The notes under the pieces are model-generated. The model made no database searches and was not told where the DNA came from. It saw only the letters and a list, made by a program, of their open reading frames with translations. A stretch of DNA of 37,024 bases, taken from assembly GCA_016839945.1 (NCBI GenBank), contig JAEOTE010000005.1, positions 1-37,024 on the forward strand, read 5' to 3'. This document shows, piece by piece, positions 36,464 through 37,024 of this stretch. Position numbers and translations under genes: made by a program. The stretch comes from Candidatus Heimdallarchaeota archaeon (GTDB lineage: Archaea; Asgardarchaeota; Heimdallarchaeia; Heimdallarchaeales; Heimdallarchaeaceae). The first letter of the stretch is position 1, and each line of letters starts with the position of its first letter.

Positions 36464-37024
36464 TTGGAAGAAGAATTTGAATCGAAATTAAAGGAGAAAA
36501 TCCGAATGAAGCTTGAAAATAAAATGGATGATATAACTGAAGAAGCAATTAAGAGATATACAGAAGAAGAGGAAGAAGATATTGTCGACGAAGATGTAGA
36601 GGAAGACGAAGAGGAAGAAGACGAAGACGAAGAGGAAATAACAGACGAAGAAATCGAAGAAGAATTAAAGGAAATGGAGGAGGATATCGAGGAAGAAGTC
36701 GAAGAAGATATCGAAGAAGAAATCGAAGAAGAAATCGAAGAAGAAGTCGAAGAAGAAATCGAGGAAGAAATCGAAGAGGATATCGAAGAAGAAGTCGAAG
36801 AAGAAATCGAGGAAGAAATCGAAGAAGAAGTCGAAGAAGAAGTCGAAGAAGAAGTCGAGGAAGAAATCGAAGAAGAAGTCGAAGAAGAAGTCGAAGAAGA
36901 TATCGAGGAAGAAATCGAGGAAGAAATCGAGGAAGAAGTCGAAGAAGAAATCGAGGAAGAAATCGAAGAAGAAATCGAGGAAGAAATCGAAGAAGAAGTC
37001 GAAGAAGAAATCGAGGAAGAAGTC
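36464..37024 (+). CDS. Extremely acidic repeat protein, runs off the window end (not in ORF track)
   Basis: AGGAGTG RBS then TTG; translates MEEEFESKLKEKIRMKLENKMDDITEEAIKRYTEEEEEDIVD...(EE[E/D][I/V])n with no stop. Confidence 0.75.
   Translation, partial: MEEEFESKLKEKIRMKLENKMDDITEEAIKRYTEEEEEDIVDEDVEEDEEEEDEDEEEITDEEIEEELKEMEEDIEEEVEEDIEEEIEEEIEEEVEEEIEEEIEEDIEEEVEEEIEEEIEEEVEEEVEEEVEEEIEEEVEEEVEEDIEEEIEEEIEEEVEEEIEEEIEEEIEEEIEEEVEEEIEEEV
36677..37024 (+). repeat. Intragenic 12-bp tandem repeat, at least 29 units
   Basis: GARGARGAWRTC units, 348 bp = 29 x 12, in frame, truncated by the window end. Confidence 0.95.

Overview
AT-rich archaeal chromosomal window, most plausibly Asgard/Heimdallarchaeia-like. 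This is inferred from TATA promoters, oligo-T terminators, a PAC2 chaperone, an SMC5/6-type ATPase and C-terminally anchored surface proteins. Ordinary content: galT (partial), pgk, an Fe3+/thiamine-type ABC binding protein and permease, a transglutaminase-like protein, GNAT, kinase-DUF92 fusion, TPR, RDD, GT4, M20 peptidase, a ZntA/CadA-type ATPase, a family-5 binding protein and PAC2. Three loci stand out. (1) 3959-8761: a translationally coupled four-gene operon of SMC5/6-like ATPase + kleisin-like candidate + KITE-like + RING-like protein, resembling a prokaryotic minimal Smc5/6-Nse complex. (2) ~18020-20256: a decayed IS607-family element with a tnpA fragment missing from the ORF track, an oversized 642-aa TnpB with His at the RuvC-III Asp position, and 3' hairpins. 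(3) ~35633-36345: an unannotated ~310-nt structured RNA candidate with repeated AA(C/U)CCC motifs, whose 3' 48 bp are perfectly duplicated around a one-gene cassette, followed by a gene with 29+ tandem 12-bp acidic repeats. All assignments come from motif reading by eye; no searches were run.
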